Positions 1 through 8,726 of a stretch of 64,000 bases of DNA are shown here, in pieces. A model generated the notes under the pieces. It was not told where the DNA came from. It made no database searches and saw only the letters and a list, made by a program, of their open reading frames with translations. The position numbers and the translations under genes were made by a program. The stretch is taken from assembly GCA_964463925.1 (NCBI GenBank), contig CAYXDV010000001.1:12276-76275 (forward strand), written 5' to 3'. The number at the start of each line of letters is the position of its first letter. Position 1 is the stretch's first letter. This DNA comes from an uncultured Gammaproteobacteria bacterium. Its GTDB lineage: Bacteria > Patescibacteriota > Microgenomatia > UBA12405.

Positions 1-285
1 ATCGACTATACCTTTGGCTTCAGCTAAACCTAACTCAGGCTTGAACTCGCGGACTACTTTAATAACTCCGATTTTGTTAGCACCGGCATTAGTAAGCATT
101 ACTTCGAATTCAGATTTTTCTTCAACGGCAGGAGCGGCGCCAGCAGCGGGAGCAGCAGCAGGTGCTGCGGCCATAGCAACAGCTTTGACATCAAATTTTT
201 CTTCGATAGCTTTGACTAATTCGGATAACTCTAAAACGGACAGCTCGGCAATTTGGTCGAGCAGTTTGGTTGTTTTGTCAGACAT
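1..285 (-). CDS. rplL: 50S ribosomal protein L7/L12, C-terminus cut by window edge
   Basis: Minus-strand translation reads [21 protein letters not shown]...AAAPAAGAA...[41 protein letters not shown], with ATG at 285-283. The listed + ORF 14-298 is its antisense shadow. Confidence 0.9.
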   Translation of the reverse strand, partial: MSDKTTKLLDQIAELSVLELSELVKAIEEKFDVKAVAMAAAPAAAPAAGAAPAVEEKSEFEVMLTNAGANKIGVIKVVREFKPELGLAEAKGIVD

Positions 286-306
286 TTTTGTAAATTAATT
301 ATTAAA

Positions 307-828
307 TTAGGCAGTAGCTGATTTTTTGTCAGCTAGAGCTTTTAAGGTTAGAGCTAATTGAGTTTGCTGATATCTTCCAGCAGCAACTAAACGTTGCAAT
401 GGATTTTGCAAATCGGCAATCAATTGAGCCAAGAGGGCAGTGCGGCTAGGTAGAGAAAGAAGTGTTTGCAATTCGTTTGAACTTAGCAATTTTCCTTCAA
501 AAAAGCCGTATTTGAATTTCAAACCATCTTTTTCTTTGGTGATTTTTTGAAATTCTTTTAGAGAAGCAATCTCATCTTGATTAGAAAAAGCAATAGCAGT
601 TGGTCCAGTGAGTTCTTCGGGTAGGGAAGCACCAGCTTTGGTGAAAACACGAGTAAGAATTGTGTTTTTTACAACTTCCATTACACCACCTGAAGTTCGA
701 ATGGCATCTCGTAGCTTTTCAATCTCTCCAGCATTTAGACCCTGATATTGAACCAGAGCAGCAGATTTGGCTTGAGATAGTTTTTGGGCTAAGTCTTCAA
801 CCTGTTGAATTTTGGCTTGATTTGGCAT
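307..828 (-). CDS. rplJ: 50S ribosomal protein L10
   Basis: 173 aa with L10-like sequence, immediately upstream of rplL in the canonical order. Confidence 0.9.
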   Translation of the reverse strand: MPNQAKIQQVEDLAQKLSQAKSAALVQYQGLNAGEIEKLRDAIRTSGGVMEVVKNTILTRVFTKAGASLPEELTGPTAIAFSNQDEIASLKEFQKITKEKDGLKFKYGFFEGKLLSSNELQTLLSLPSRTALLAQLIADLQNPLQRLVAAGRYQQTQLALTLKALADKKSATA

Positions 829-878
829 TTTTAGTTAAATAAGTAACTTAATAGATTTGTTGTTAAAGTTCTGAGTCA

Positions 879-899
879 AAAAAACCCGCCAAAGCGGGG
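879..899 (-). terminator. rho-independent terminator for the minus strand
   Basis: Hairpin CCCGC-caaa-GCGGG followed on the minus strand by a U-run (plus-strand aaaaaa at 879-884). It lies downstream of the 1047-1613 gene and upstream of rplJ. Confidence 0.5.
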
Positions 900-1046
900 T
901 GAAACAAACACTATGTTGCTTACCTCGGTAGGATAATTAAATCAGTTGCCTGATCCCTACTGTCTTTGGTTAGGATAGAGGATTATAATTGGTTTTTTCA
1001 GAAAAGGCAAGAAGATTCTTCGAGATTTTGCCGCTTTTGTGTTAAT

Positions 1047-1613
1047 TTAAAAACCGTGGGAGATTTTCCACGCTTCGGTTTCTTGCTGCATTTTTAGAAC
1101 AGAATTTTGGTAGTCTTGATTCATTTGGTTGACGGAATTTTGATAATTCTGGTTCATTTGATTAACTCGGTTCTGATAATCCTGCTGGGATTTTTGAACT
1201 TGTTGGTTGTACCAGGTATTGTCGTAAGTAGGCCAGGGGACGGGTGTTGGATATTGGCGCGGTTTGCTAGTAGGATAGATATAATAATACTGATTGCTTT
1301 TGGGTGGGGTGTATTTTTTCTGTGGGTAAGCGGTTGGAATTTTGGTAGGCTGTGTTGTGGGGATAAAAGTGATCGGCGGGCTAGTTGGCAAGGGAGTAGC
1401 TAATTTGTTTAAGAAGGTTTGATAATCGTTTTTTTTGACTTCCAGCCAATAGCGAATAGGGAATAAGATTTTAGAAAATTGGTGTGCCCCTTTCCCGAGC
1501 CCAACTATGAGCGAAAGATCGGCTATTAATAAAAAAAGTAACAGGCTGAATATTTTTGAGGCACTGGAGTTAAGCATCTTTGGTAGAGAAAAGTGCTTCG
1601 GTATTAAAACCAA
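1047..1613 (-). CDS. hypothetical membrane-anchored Pro/Gln/Asn-rich protein with tandem QNYQNSVNQMNQ-type repeats
   Basis: One N-terminal TM segment, a Pro/Thr-rich linker and C-terminal imperfect tandem repeats (DNA repeats about 1100-1260). The start is uncertain because the ORF overlaps the LemA 3' end. Confidence 0.5.
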   Translation of the reverse strand: MVLIPKHFSLPKMLNSSASKIFSLLLFLLIADLSLIVGLGKGAHQFSKILFPIRYWLEVKKNDYQTFLNKLATPLPTSPPITFIPTTQPTKIPTAYPQKKYTPPKSNQYYYIYPTSKPRQYPTPVPWPTYDNTWYNQQVQKSQQDYQNRVNQMNQNYQNSVNQMNQDYQNSVLKMQQETEAWKISHGF

Positions 1614-2112
1614 AAATAGTCGCGGCCATTAGAGCTGGGAAGGTTTGGATGGAGTTGTTGTAATTTTGCACAGTTTGGTTGTAAGTTTCACGATAGTTAG
1701 CTATAGAATCTTCAGTTTCTTCTAATTGTTTTTGTAAGTCGAGATATCCTTGATTGGCTTGTAGTTTGGGATAAGATTCAACGACTACTGCTAAGGAGCG
1801 TAGAGTTTGAGTTAAGAAATTGTCGGCTTTGGCAGCTTCGGTAGCTGTGGTACTGGTATCGACCATGGATCTGGCTTTGGCTACTTGGGTGAAAGTTTTT
1901 TCTTCATGACTTGCATATTCTTTGACAAGTGAAGCCAACCTCTCAATTAGAGAAGTACGCCGTTTTAACTGGATTTCGATATCGGAAAAGTCAGTTTTAA
2001 CTTGGTTTTTTAGGACCACAAAATGATTGTAATGAGACCAAAGGAAAAATAAAATGAATAGGAAAATAACAAAAAGAGTAATGAGGACGTAGAAGAATAT
2101 GGTTAAGATCAT
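1570..2112 (-). CDS. lemA: LemA family protein
   Basis: N-terminal TM helix plus a LemA-like coiled domain (LKNQVKTDFSDIEIQLKRRTSLIERLASLVKEYASHE...). Confidence 0.8.
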   Translation of the reverse strand: MILTIFFYVLITLFVIFLFILFFLWSHYNHFVVLKNQVKTDFSDIEIQLKRRTSLIERLASLVKEYASHEEKTFTQVAKARSMVDTSTTATEAAKADNFLTQTLRSLAVVVESYPKLQANQGYLDLQKQLEETEDSIANYRETYNQTVQNYNNSIQTFPALMAATIFGFNTEALFSTKDA

Positions 2113-2161
2113 AAATTATTATAACCTATTTCAAACATGTTTTATAATGTATTTGCTATAA

Positions 2162-2701
2162 TTGCGGGTGAAAATATACGTAATAGGGATGAGTGCTTCT
2201 GGTAAGAGTACTATCTCATCTTTGATTGCAGTTCGCATGGATTTAAAGAGTGTTGATTTAGATAATATATTTTGGGACTTAAAAAATACGAGACCTGGAG
2301 GACAGGTGTTAAGAGACAAAAATGAAGTAGATGAAAAGTTGACATGTCTACTTAAAAAAGATCATTGGGTGGTAAATGGGATATATCTTGAGGATAGGAT
2401 CCTAAATGATGCAGACAAAATTGTTTTTTTGAAACAGAATGTTGTTAGAGCACTTCTTTGGCAGTGGAAGAGATATTTCCAAGATACCGTTCAAAGAGAA
2501 ATATATGGTTTTCGAAATAACCTTAATTTATCAAAAATTATATTAAGGCAACACCTAAATTCTGCACCCGACTTCGTCTTTGATTCATACAGATATGTGA
2601 CTGTAAAAAAAATGGAAAATTATCTAAAAGAAAATTATGGTTCGAAATTAATAGTGACTGAACCAAAAAATTACAAATATTTAATGAGATTATTGGTATA
2701 A
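2162..2701 (+). CDS. P-loop NTPase, adenylate/shikimate-kinase-like (AAA_18 type)
   Basis: Walker A motif IYVIGMSASGKST at the N-terminus; small 179-aa kinase fold. Confidence 0.6.
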   Translation: MRVKIYVIGMSASGKSTISSLIAVRMDLKSVDLDNIFWDLKNTRPGGQVLRDKNEVDEKLTCLLKKDHWVVNGIYLEDRILNDADKIVFLKQNVVRALLWQWKRYFQDTVQREIYGFRNNLNLSKIILRQHLNSAPDFVFDSYRYVTVKKMENYLKENYGSKLIVTEPKNYKYLMRLLV

Positions 2702-2708
2702 TTTAATT

Positions 2709-3296
2709 ATGAAGGTGTATTTTTCTGCATCTAGATTTTACCGTGACAAATATAGAGAAATTTATTTGACGATTGCTGATCAATTAAGAGAGCAAAAATA
2801 CGAGATATTAGATAGGGCGAATATCGACCCGGCGATCGATCCAAAAAAGGTATCAGAGAAAGAAAAAGTACAGTTGCACAAAGACTTTGTAAAAGCTCTC
2901 GATTCTTGTGACTTTTCTGTATTTGAGGCCAGCTATCCTTCAACCATCCACATAGGTCACGAGATTACATTGGCTATTCAAAAAGGCAAACCTGTGATTG
3001 TGTTGTATGGAGATACTGGAGATAAAGAGCCACTGATGTTTAAGGGTCTTGGTGGTGAAAAAGTCATTTGGGTGGAATATGGTGCATTTAACTTGAAGAC
3101 CAAATTGCAGAGAGCAATTGAAAAGGCAAAAAAAATGCAAGATGTAAGATTTAATTTTTTTATCAGCCCGCGCCAACTAGAATACCTTGATTGGTTATCA
3201 AAGAAAAAAATGATACCAAGAGCTGTCTTTTTGAGGGATTTAATTGAAAAAGAAATGAAAAGAGACAAAGACTACACTGAAAGCAAGGCAGATTGA
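2709..3296 (+). CDS. nucleoside 2-deoxyribosyltransferase-like (NDT/DNPH1-like Rossmannoid) domain fused to a C-terminal ribbon-helix-helix DNA-binding domain
   Basis: N-terminus KVYFSASRFY...SCDFSVFEASYPSTIHIGHEITLAIQKGKPVIVLY resembles the NDT/RCL fold motif. C-terminus RFNFFISPRQLEYLDWLSKKKMIPRAVFLRDLIEKE has a CopG/Arc-like beta-alpha-alpha pattern. Confidence 0.5.
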   Translation: MKVYFSASRFYRDKYREIYLTIADQLREQKYEILDRANIDPAIDPKKVSEKEKVQLHKDFVKALDSCDFSVFEASYPSTIHIGHEITLAIQKGKPVIVLYGDTGDKEPLMFKGLGGEKVIWVEYGAFNLKTKLQRAIEKAKKMQDVRFNFFISPRQLEYLDWLSKKKMIPRAVFLRDLIEKEMKRDKDYTESKAD

Positions 3297-4549
3297 GATT
3301 GTTTGATTTTTTGCCAGTGGCTTGACTGTCGACAAAGTAATTTAGAATCTGGTTTGTTGTGGAATAAACCCTTGGTAACTTCTTCTAAGAAAATAGTATT
3401 TTGAGAACCTTTGACCAGAATCACTGATTGCGCAAGATAGTTTGTGTTTTTCAACAAAAAGTCTAGAGCTTGTAAATTTTTATTAAATTTGTGGATTTTA
3501 GGATGAGCGGGGAAGTATTTCTGAGTCTCTGTACCAACTGTTATGATCAGATCGGCGTATTTTAGGGCAATTTTTGCCAATTGTTTGTGTTCTTCTTCGG
3601 ACTGTTGACCCAACTCGCGCATGTCACCCAGAACTGCAATACGTAAATTATTGGTTGACTGTTGGTGTAACAATGACAAAAACTCCAACGTAGGTTGAGG
3701 AGAGGAATTGTAGCTACTATCAATAATTTTGGAATTATAAAGGCCTTTAAAGTAGCTGGCCCTTCCGGGAGGTAAACTGAAATTTTTGGTTAAATTGGTT
3801 AGGATGATTTTGTCGGAAAGTCCAAAATACTTGGCTACAACGTAAGCAGTTCCAAAAGTGATTTCATAGATAGAAGGGAAGATATATTTTTTTTGTAGGG
3901 ATTTGGGGATAAATTTTGGTTGAATAGGAATTACTTGGCAAATTAACTTTGAAGAATAAGATTTAATAAATGGATCAGTTAAATTTAAAAAGGCAGTTTG
4001 TTTGGAAGATAGGGATTTGGCTAGAACTGAATGTTGTTGGCACATTAGCTTTTTGGCGTAATCAATTCGTTTTTGACCTGTTAGATTTGAAGGAATTAAA
4101 GGATCAAAATTTTGAGTATGAACTGTGCCGACATTTAAATGAATAGCCAGGTCCGGTTTAACAATTTTTAAAAGATAAGAAATATTATTTGGTTCAGTGG
4201 GGCCATCTACATCCATTTCAATTAGATAAATATCGGGAACTTGGTTATAAATAAGCAAACGGATTGGGGCCAGAAGAGACAGTTTTAGCCACTCTATGGG
4301 ATGGTAGGAATTTAATTTAAGCCCCAGCAAACTAGCAGGCAGGCCAAACTGGCTGTTGTAGTTTTGATTAGTTTTTACCTTAAAATTGGGTATTAGGGCA
4401 GCTTCAATGGCCTGAATAGCACTAGTTTTACCAGCTGAACCAGTAAGAGCTAGAACTTTAAAACTTTGCTTTTTCAGCTTGGCTAAAAGTCTTAGTTTAG
4501 CTAGTTGTAGCCGGCCCAGAATGCGCCAATAAAGCAGAAATAAGAGCAT
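3272..4549 (-). CDS. murF: Mur ligase family protein (MurF-like UDP-MurNAc-peptide ligase)
   Basis: Mur ligase P-loop VLALTGSAGKTS; three-domain length of 425 aa. Confidence 0.7.
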   Translation of the reverse strand: MLLFLLYWRILGRLQLAKLRLLAKLKKQSFKVLALTGSAGKTSAIQAIEAALIPNFKVKTNQNYNSQFGLPASLLGLKLNSYHPIEWLKLSLLAPIRLLIYNQVPDIYLIEMDVDGPTEPNNISYLLKIVKPDLAIHLNVGTVHTQNFDPLIPSNLTGQKRIDYAKKLMCQQHSVLAKSLSSKQTAFLNLTDPFIKSYSSKLICQVIPIQPKFIPKSLQKKYIFPSIYEITFGTAYVVAKYFGLSDKIILTNLTKNFSLPPGRASYFKGLYNSKIIDSSYNSSPQPTLEFLSLLHQQSTNNLRIAVLGDMRELGQQSEEEHKQLAKIALKYADLIITVGTETQKYFPAHPKIHKFNKNLQALDFLLKNTNYLAQSVILVKGSQNTIFLEEVTKGLFHNKPDSKLLCRQSSHWQKIKQSQSALLSV

Positions 4550-4552
4550 GAG

Positions 4553-4810
4553 TTATCTTACCAAATATCCTGCTGCCGCAAGAACCCTTTTTTCTGGTGA
4601 TAGTGATTCTGTTCCCCAAAAGATACAGTTGTCGGGATTTGCTTCATATAGAGCTTCAAGAATTTGCAGTTGATTTTTACCTGAGGGCTGGTTGCGCATG
4701 GCAGTTCCAGTGCCTAAACGAGCATTTGCCCAGTTATTAGATAACATTCCCAAATCCCACAAAGCGGCTTTTTCTTCTGGAGACATTGTACGTATATTTG
4801 TTGTTGCCAT
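4553..4810 (-). CDS. hypothetical small protein
   Basis: 85-aa ORF packed tightly between murF and rplA on the same strand; no recognised motif. Confidence 0.4.
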   Translation of the reverse strand: MATTNIRTMSPEEKAALWDLGMLSNNWANARLGTGTAMRNQPSGKNQLQILEALYEANPDNCIFWGTESLSPEKRVLAAAGYLVR

Positions 4811-4811
4811 T

Positions 4812-5555
4812 TTACAACTGCACTTTAATGCCAGGACCCATAGAAGGGGAGAGGACTAATTTTTTGATTTTGGTTAAATTAATTACTTTAATCAGTTCTT
4901 CCAAATTGGCAACTAGTTCGGAATCGTCCTGGTCCAGCTTTCCAACTAAAATATGAATAACTGGGGCCGATTTTTCTGTTTTAACAATTTGTTTAGCCAC
5001 AGAAAGTTTCTTTACGGCTTCTTCCGGCTTGTCAGTTAGAGTGCCATTTTTCGGATTGGGCATAAGGCCTTTGGGACCTAAAACACGGGCCAAGGGTAGA
5101 AGCTTTGGCATAGTAGCCGGAGTGGCAACGAGAATGTCAAAATCTACTTTGCCATCTTTAATAGCAGCGATAACTGATTCGTTGGCAATTACTATTTTTT
5201 TACTAGCAGTTTTTAGGAAAGGAAAAGAAATTTCTCCTATATTTCCAGAATTGTGCAGAGTAACTAAATGGGCTTCTAAGGAGCCAGTAAATTTGGAGGT
5301 ACTAATTTCTTTGGCTAATTTTACAGCATCTTTTAAAGGATAATATTTAGAGACATCTAATTTTTTCTTAGCTGTCAAATATTTTTTGGAGCGACTAGCT
5401 TTTTTGATAACTTTGACAGAAGGTGTGGTCTTGACGGTTTCTTCGGCTGGGCGAGATTCGGTAGTAGAAACTTTGTCTACTTTGGTCTCTTCCACCTCGT
5501 TTAGCTCAACTTTTTTGGCTTTTTCAGCCTTTTTTGCTTGTGTGGTTTTGCTCAT
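4812..5555 (-). CDS. rplA: 50S ribosomal protein L1, with a Lys-rich N-terminal extension
   Basis: Strong L1 similarity (…GPKGLMPNPK…). The start is placed at the internal Met (MSKTTQAKK) just after the rplK stop. The ORF-track start at 5627 would overlap rplK. Confidence 0.9.
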   Translation of the reverse strand: MSKTTQAKKAEKAKKVELNEVEETKVDKVSTTESRPAEETVKTTPSVKVIKKASRSKKYLTAKKKLDVSKYYPLKDAVKLAKEISTSKFTGSLEAHLVTLHNSGNIGEISFPFLKTASKKIVIANESVIAAIKDGKVDFDILVATPATMPKLLPLARVLGPKGLMPNPKNGTLTDKPEEAVKKLSVAKQIVKTEKSAPVIHILVGKLDQDDSELVANLEELIKVINLTKIKKLVLSPSMGPGIKVQL

Positions 5556-5562
5556 AAGAGTT

Positions 5563-5988
5563 TTAATTAATAATTTCCAAACCCATACTTTTGGCAGTGC
5601 CGGCGACCATTTTTTTGGCGGCATCAATAGATTTGGTATTTAAGTCAACTAGTTTTTTGTTGGCAATATCAGTAATTTGGGCATCGGTGATTTTGCCGAT
5701 TTTTTCTCGTCCAGTAAGACCGGTACCTTTGGCAATACCCGTGGTCTTTTTAATCATGTCAGAAACTGGTGGTTGTTTTAAAATGAAGTCAAAACTGCGG
5801 TCTTCGTAAATAGTGATGATGGCAGGAATAATAGAGCCCGCCATAGCCTTGGTTTTATCATTAAACTCCTTACAGAAGTCCATGATTTTAATACCATGAG
5901 GACCAAGAGCAGTACCAACTGGAGGGGCGGGATTAGCTGTGCCAGCACCAATGGCTAGTTTGACAATAGCTTTTATTTTTTTTGGCAT
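5563..5988 (-). CDS. rplK: 50S ribosomal protein L11
   Basis: MPKKIKAIVKLAIGAGTANPAPPVGTALGPHGIKIMDFCKEFN... is the canonical L11 sequence. Confidence 0.95.
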   Translation of the reverse strand: MPKKIKAIVKLAIGAGTANPAPPVGTALGPHGIKIMDFCKEFNDKTKAMAGSIIPAIITIYEDRSFDFILKQPPVSDMIKKTTGIAKGTGLTGREKIGKITDAQITDIANKKLVDLNTKSIDAAKKMVAGTAKSMGLEIIN

Positions 5989-6059
5989 ATAAAAAGTTAA
6001 TTAAATTTGTTTAAAAATACGTGAGAAGCACACGCGTGGGGGTATTATAACAGAAAAGA

Positions 6060-6371
6060 TTACCAATGTATTTTTCTACCAGTTACGGGATTGCGAGAAA
6101 CTAAAGCTGAATGTATTATTTCTCCAGGATTACCGTCTGAGAAGATTACCCTGGCAACAGGATTTGTAATTAGCGGATGATAAATTTGCAGTTGAGGTTG
6201 CCAATTTCTTCTTTCTGGTGGCAGTTGGGCGCCATCTTTGTCTGGAGTCAGGTAGAACACGCTATTGAATGCCGTCCTAGTTCTGGGTTTAGGTAGATGT
6301 CTTTCAATTTTTTCTAAGGCTAAGTCAGATATTTCTACCCTCTCTCCATCTGATGTTTTTATAGTTGGCAT
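6060..6371 (-). CDS. hypothetical protein inserted between rplK and nusG
   Basis: 103-aa ORF on the same strand. Its start abuts the nusG stop (6371). No recognisable motif. Confidence 0.4.
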   Translation of the reverse strand: MPTIKTSDGERVEISDLALEKIERHLPKPRTRTAFNSVFYLTPDKDGAQLPPERRNWQPQLQIYHPLITNPVARVIFSDGNPGEIIHSALVSRNPVTGRKIHW

Positions 6372-6967
6372 TATACTTCTTTGGAAATCTGTAAGAAGTC
6401 GAGTTCAACTGGGGTTTCGCGTTCGAAGAAGGAAACTAGAACGTTGACTTTGCCTTTTTGATTGTCAATATTGTCTATAGTTCCAATAAAATCGGAGAAA
6501 GGACCATCGGTAATTTTAACCACATCGCCAATACTGTAGTTGGTTTGGAATTTTGGTTTGTCTTCGGTGGTGGCTGTAATTATCTGATCGACTTCAGCCT
6601 GGGAAATACGAGTAGGTTGTTTATTAACTCCAATAAAGCCAGTGACCCCAGGAGTTAATCTGACTGCCGACCAGGAATCGTCTTCTAGCAACATGTGGAT
6701 TAGAATATAGCCGGGTAAAACCTTTTCCTGGGCTTCCATTTTTTCGCCACGGCGAATAATCATTTTCTTTTGCAGGGGGATTATAGCTTCATATATTTTA
6801 TCCTCTACACCAAGAGATCGCATACGAGTTTTTAAGGCCTCGATTACTTTGTATTCGTGACCAGAGCTGGTATTAACCACATACCAAGCTGAACCAAAGG
6901 AGGGTAAACTATCGGATAATTGAAAACGAAATTGCTTCATTTTGGTGATAGTAGAGCTATTGGTCAT
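6371..6967 (-). CDS. nusG: transcription termination/antitermination factor NusG
   Basis: NGN and KOW domains (WYVVNTSSGHEYKV..., ...GDVVKITDGPFSDFIGTIDNID). The alternative start at 6940 is equally plausible. Confidence 0.9.
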   Translation of the reverse strand: MTNSSTITKMKQFRFQLSDSLPSFGSAWYVVNTSSGHEYKVIEALKTRMRSLGVEDKIYEAIIPLQKKMIIRRGEKMEAQEKVLPGYILIHMLLEDDSWSAVRLTPGVTGFIGVNKQPTRISQAEVDQIITATTEDKPKFQTNYSIGDVVKITDGPFSDFIGTIDNIDNQKGKVNVLVSFFERETPVELDFLQISKEV

Positions 6968-6969
6968 AT

Positions 6970-7254
6970 TTATTTATTTTTTTTGGTTGTAGCCGGAGTT
7001 GGGCTTTGGATAACGGATAGAGTGGGGGTAGGAACTTCTATTTGAACAGATGGCTGGTTGGTTTGTCCAGTTGATCTGGTACTAAGAAGACCAATTCCGT
7101 TGGTTAATAAGTAATCAAAACCGCCTAAGATTATGGCGATTGTTAACGAAATAGATATTACCACAACTGATAGTTGAATTAAAGTGGTCCGATTTGGCCA
7201 AGTTACAAGCCGTGCTTGGGCAATAGATTCTTGGATATAAGTTAAAGGATTCAT
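6970..7254 (-). CDS. secE: preprotein translocase subunit SecE
   Basis: Single-TM SecE-like core (LVTWPNRTTLIQLSVVVISISLTIAIILGGFD) directly upstream of nusG, plus a Pro/Thr-rich tail. Confidence 0.8.
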   Translation of the reverse strand: MNPLTYIQESIAQARLVTWPNRTTLIQLSVVVISISLTIAIILGGFDYLLTNGIGLLSTRSTGQTNQPSVQIEVPTPTLSVIQSPTPATTKKNK

Positions 7255-7295
7255 GGGGAATTATAGCAAAAGTAGTGAGTTTATTTGAGGGTTGA

Positions 7296-8258
7296 TTATT
7301 TGTCTAAATTTGTTTGAATTATAGCAAAAGCTTCAAATAATAGATTGGAATTAGTTTCTGGTTTACTGGCAAGGCCTGCTAAGCTGCTTCCGGCCACGGC
7401 TCCAAAAGTGTTGGCTCTTTCATCAAATCCTTCATAAGGATCATTGAATCCGCTACTAGTTCCTTGGCCGCTTTGAATTGGACGCAAGCTGCTAAACAGC
7501 TCGTATATTTTGCCAAGGGAGATAGCTATCCGCTCTCCATTGGTTGCTCTGGATGTAAACATGGAAGCTAAATCAACTAAAAGTGGGTAACTGTCTTTTG
7601 GCCACAAATTATGAGTGGTGGAATACTCAATTTGATGGGCAAAAAATAGGGCACTGAAAAAATGCTGAGAACGGTCGGCACCGGAATAGGTGTGGGCCAG
7701 CTCGGTATTGTTTGGTTTTAAGCCCTGTGGCGAAGGAATCGGAAAGATGTGGGGAACTTTTTGCCAGTGCTTGTCTAAAACAAAAAGTCGGTTGGAAAAG
7801 AAAAAAATACCAAGGCTTTGGATGGCTAAATTTAGCACTTCTTCGACTGGGATAACCTTACCTGGAAAGTCATTTTGTAGAACCGATTGGCTGGCTTCGT
7901 AAGCATAAGTTAAATAGTCTCGGACAGTGTAGGGTTTTTGTGGTGCCAGTCGGTCCAAAAAATGGTTTCTAATTAGGTTGGCAGTTTTGTTGCAAGTAGG
8001 CAGGTGATCGTACAAATATTCAGCGTGAGCCTGTGGGTGGAAAACATCAACCAAGGGAGGGGTATCTTTGGTTAAGTTCCAACCTGGTTCGGGAAAAGCA
8101 TGGGGTTGATAATTTTGTTTTTCTGAGAATAGTTTTAATAATTTGGCTGTTTCTCCGCTGGCATAAGAACCAAGGCCCAAAACAGTTAATTTACCTCCAA
8201 GTTGTAGAAATTTGCGTCGAGTAAGAGGGGGAGATTGCTCTCTGTTTTTAGCTAACAT
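7296..8258 (-). CDS. hypothetical exported protein with a twin-arginine (Tat) signal peptide
   Basis: N-terminus ...PPLTRRKFLQLGGKLTVLGLGSYASG matches the S/T-R-R-x-F-L-K Tat consensus. 320 aa with no recognised catalytic motif. Confidence 0.6.
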   Translation of the reverse strand: MLAKNREQSPPLTRRKFLQLGGKLTVLGLGSYASGETAKLLKLFSEKQNYQPHAFPEPGWNLTKDTPPLVDVFHPQAHAEYLYDHLPTCNKTANLIRNHFLDRLAPQKPYTVRDYLTYAYEASQSVLQNDFPGKVIPVEEVLNLAIQSLGIFFFSNRLFVLDKHWQKVPHIFPIPSPQGLKPNNTELAHTYSGADRSQHFFSALFFAHQIEYSTTHNLWPKDSYPLLVDLASMFTSRATNGERIAISLGKIYELFSSLRPIQSGQGTSSGFNDPYEGFDERANTFGAVAGSSLAGLASKPETNSNLLFEAFAIIQTNLDK

Positions 8259-8276
8259 TTGCTATAATTTTACATT

Positions 8277-8726
8277 ATGTTGTGCCCATACTGCGGATTT
8301 GATGAAAGTAACGTTTTGGAAAGTAGGGATGCAGTGGATGGAAAAGCGATTAGACGAAGACGAGAATGTGTAAAATGCCATAAAAGATTCACAACTTATG
8401 AGGAAGTAAAACAAATTGATTTGAGAGTGATAAAACGTGATGGGGAAATTGAGGACTATAGCCGTGGTAAACTGGAAAAATGTTTTGACAAGGCTTGCTG
8501 GAGAAATACTCCAGAAGAAAGGGCAAAATTTGTGGAGGAGGTCGAGATGAAACTTTTAAATTGGCCAAGTGTGGAGATTCCCAGCGCGGAAATTGGTAAG
8601 CTGGTGATGGAGCTACTAAAGCGGGTAGACGATTTGGCTTATATCCGCTTTGCCACAGTATTTTTGCGACTAGATAAAGTAGAGGATTTTGAGAAGTTGG
8701 TAAAAAAGTTTAAAAAGAGAAGCTAG
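8277..8726 (+). CDS. nrdR: transcriptional repressor NrdR
   Basis: N-terminal zinc ribbon (MLCPYCGFDESNVLESR...CVKCHKRFTTYE) followed by an ATP-cone. Confidence 0.9.
   Translation: MLCPYCGFDESNVLESRDAVDGKAIRRRRECVKCHKRFTTYEEVKQIDLRVIKRDGEIEDYSRGKLEKCFDKACWRNTPEERAKFVEEVEMKLLNWPSVEIPSAEIGKLVMELLKRVDDLAYIRFATVFLRLDKVEDFEKLVKKFKKRS

Noticed and set aside
14-298. Plus-strand 94-aa ORF rich in Ala/Ser
   Set aside because: It is the antisense frame of rplL. The minus strand gives a textbook L7/L12 sequence.
1107-1403. Plus-strand 98-aa hydrophobic ORF
   Set aside because: Antisense of the repeat-containing minus-strand gene; low-complexity artefact.
5029-5809. Plus-strand ORFs 5029-5343, 5386-5643 and 5591-5809
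   Set aside because: Antisense shadows of rplA and rplK, whose protein identities are unambiguous.
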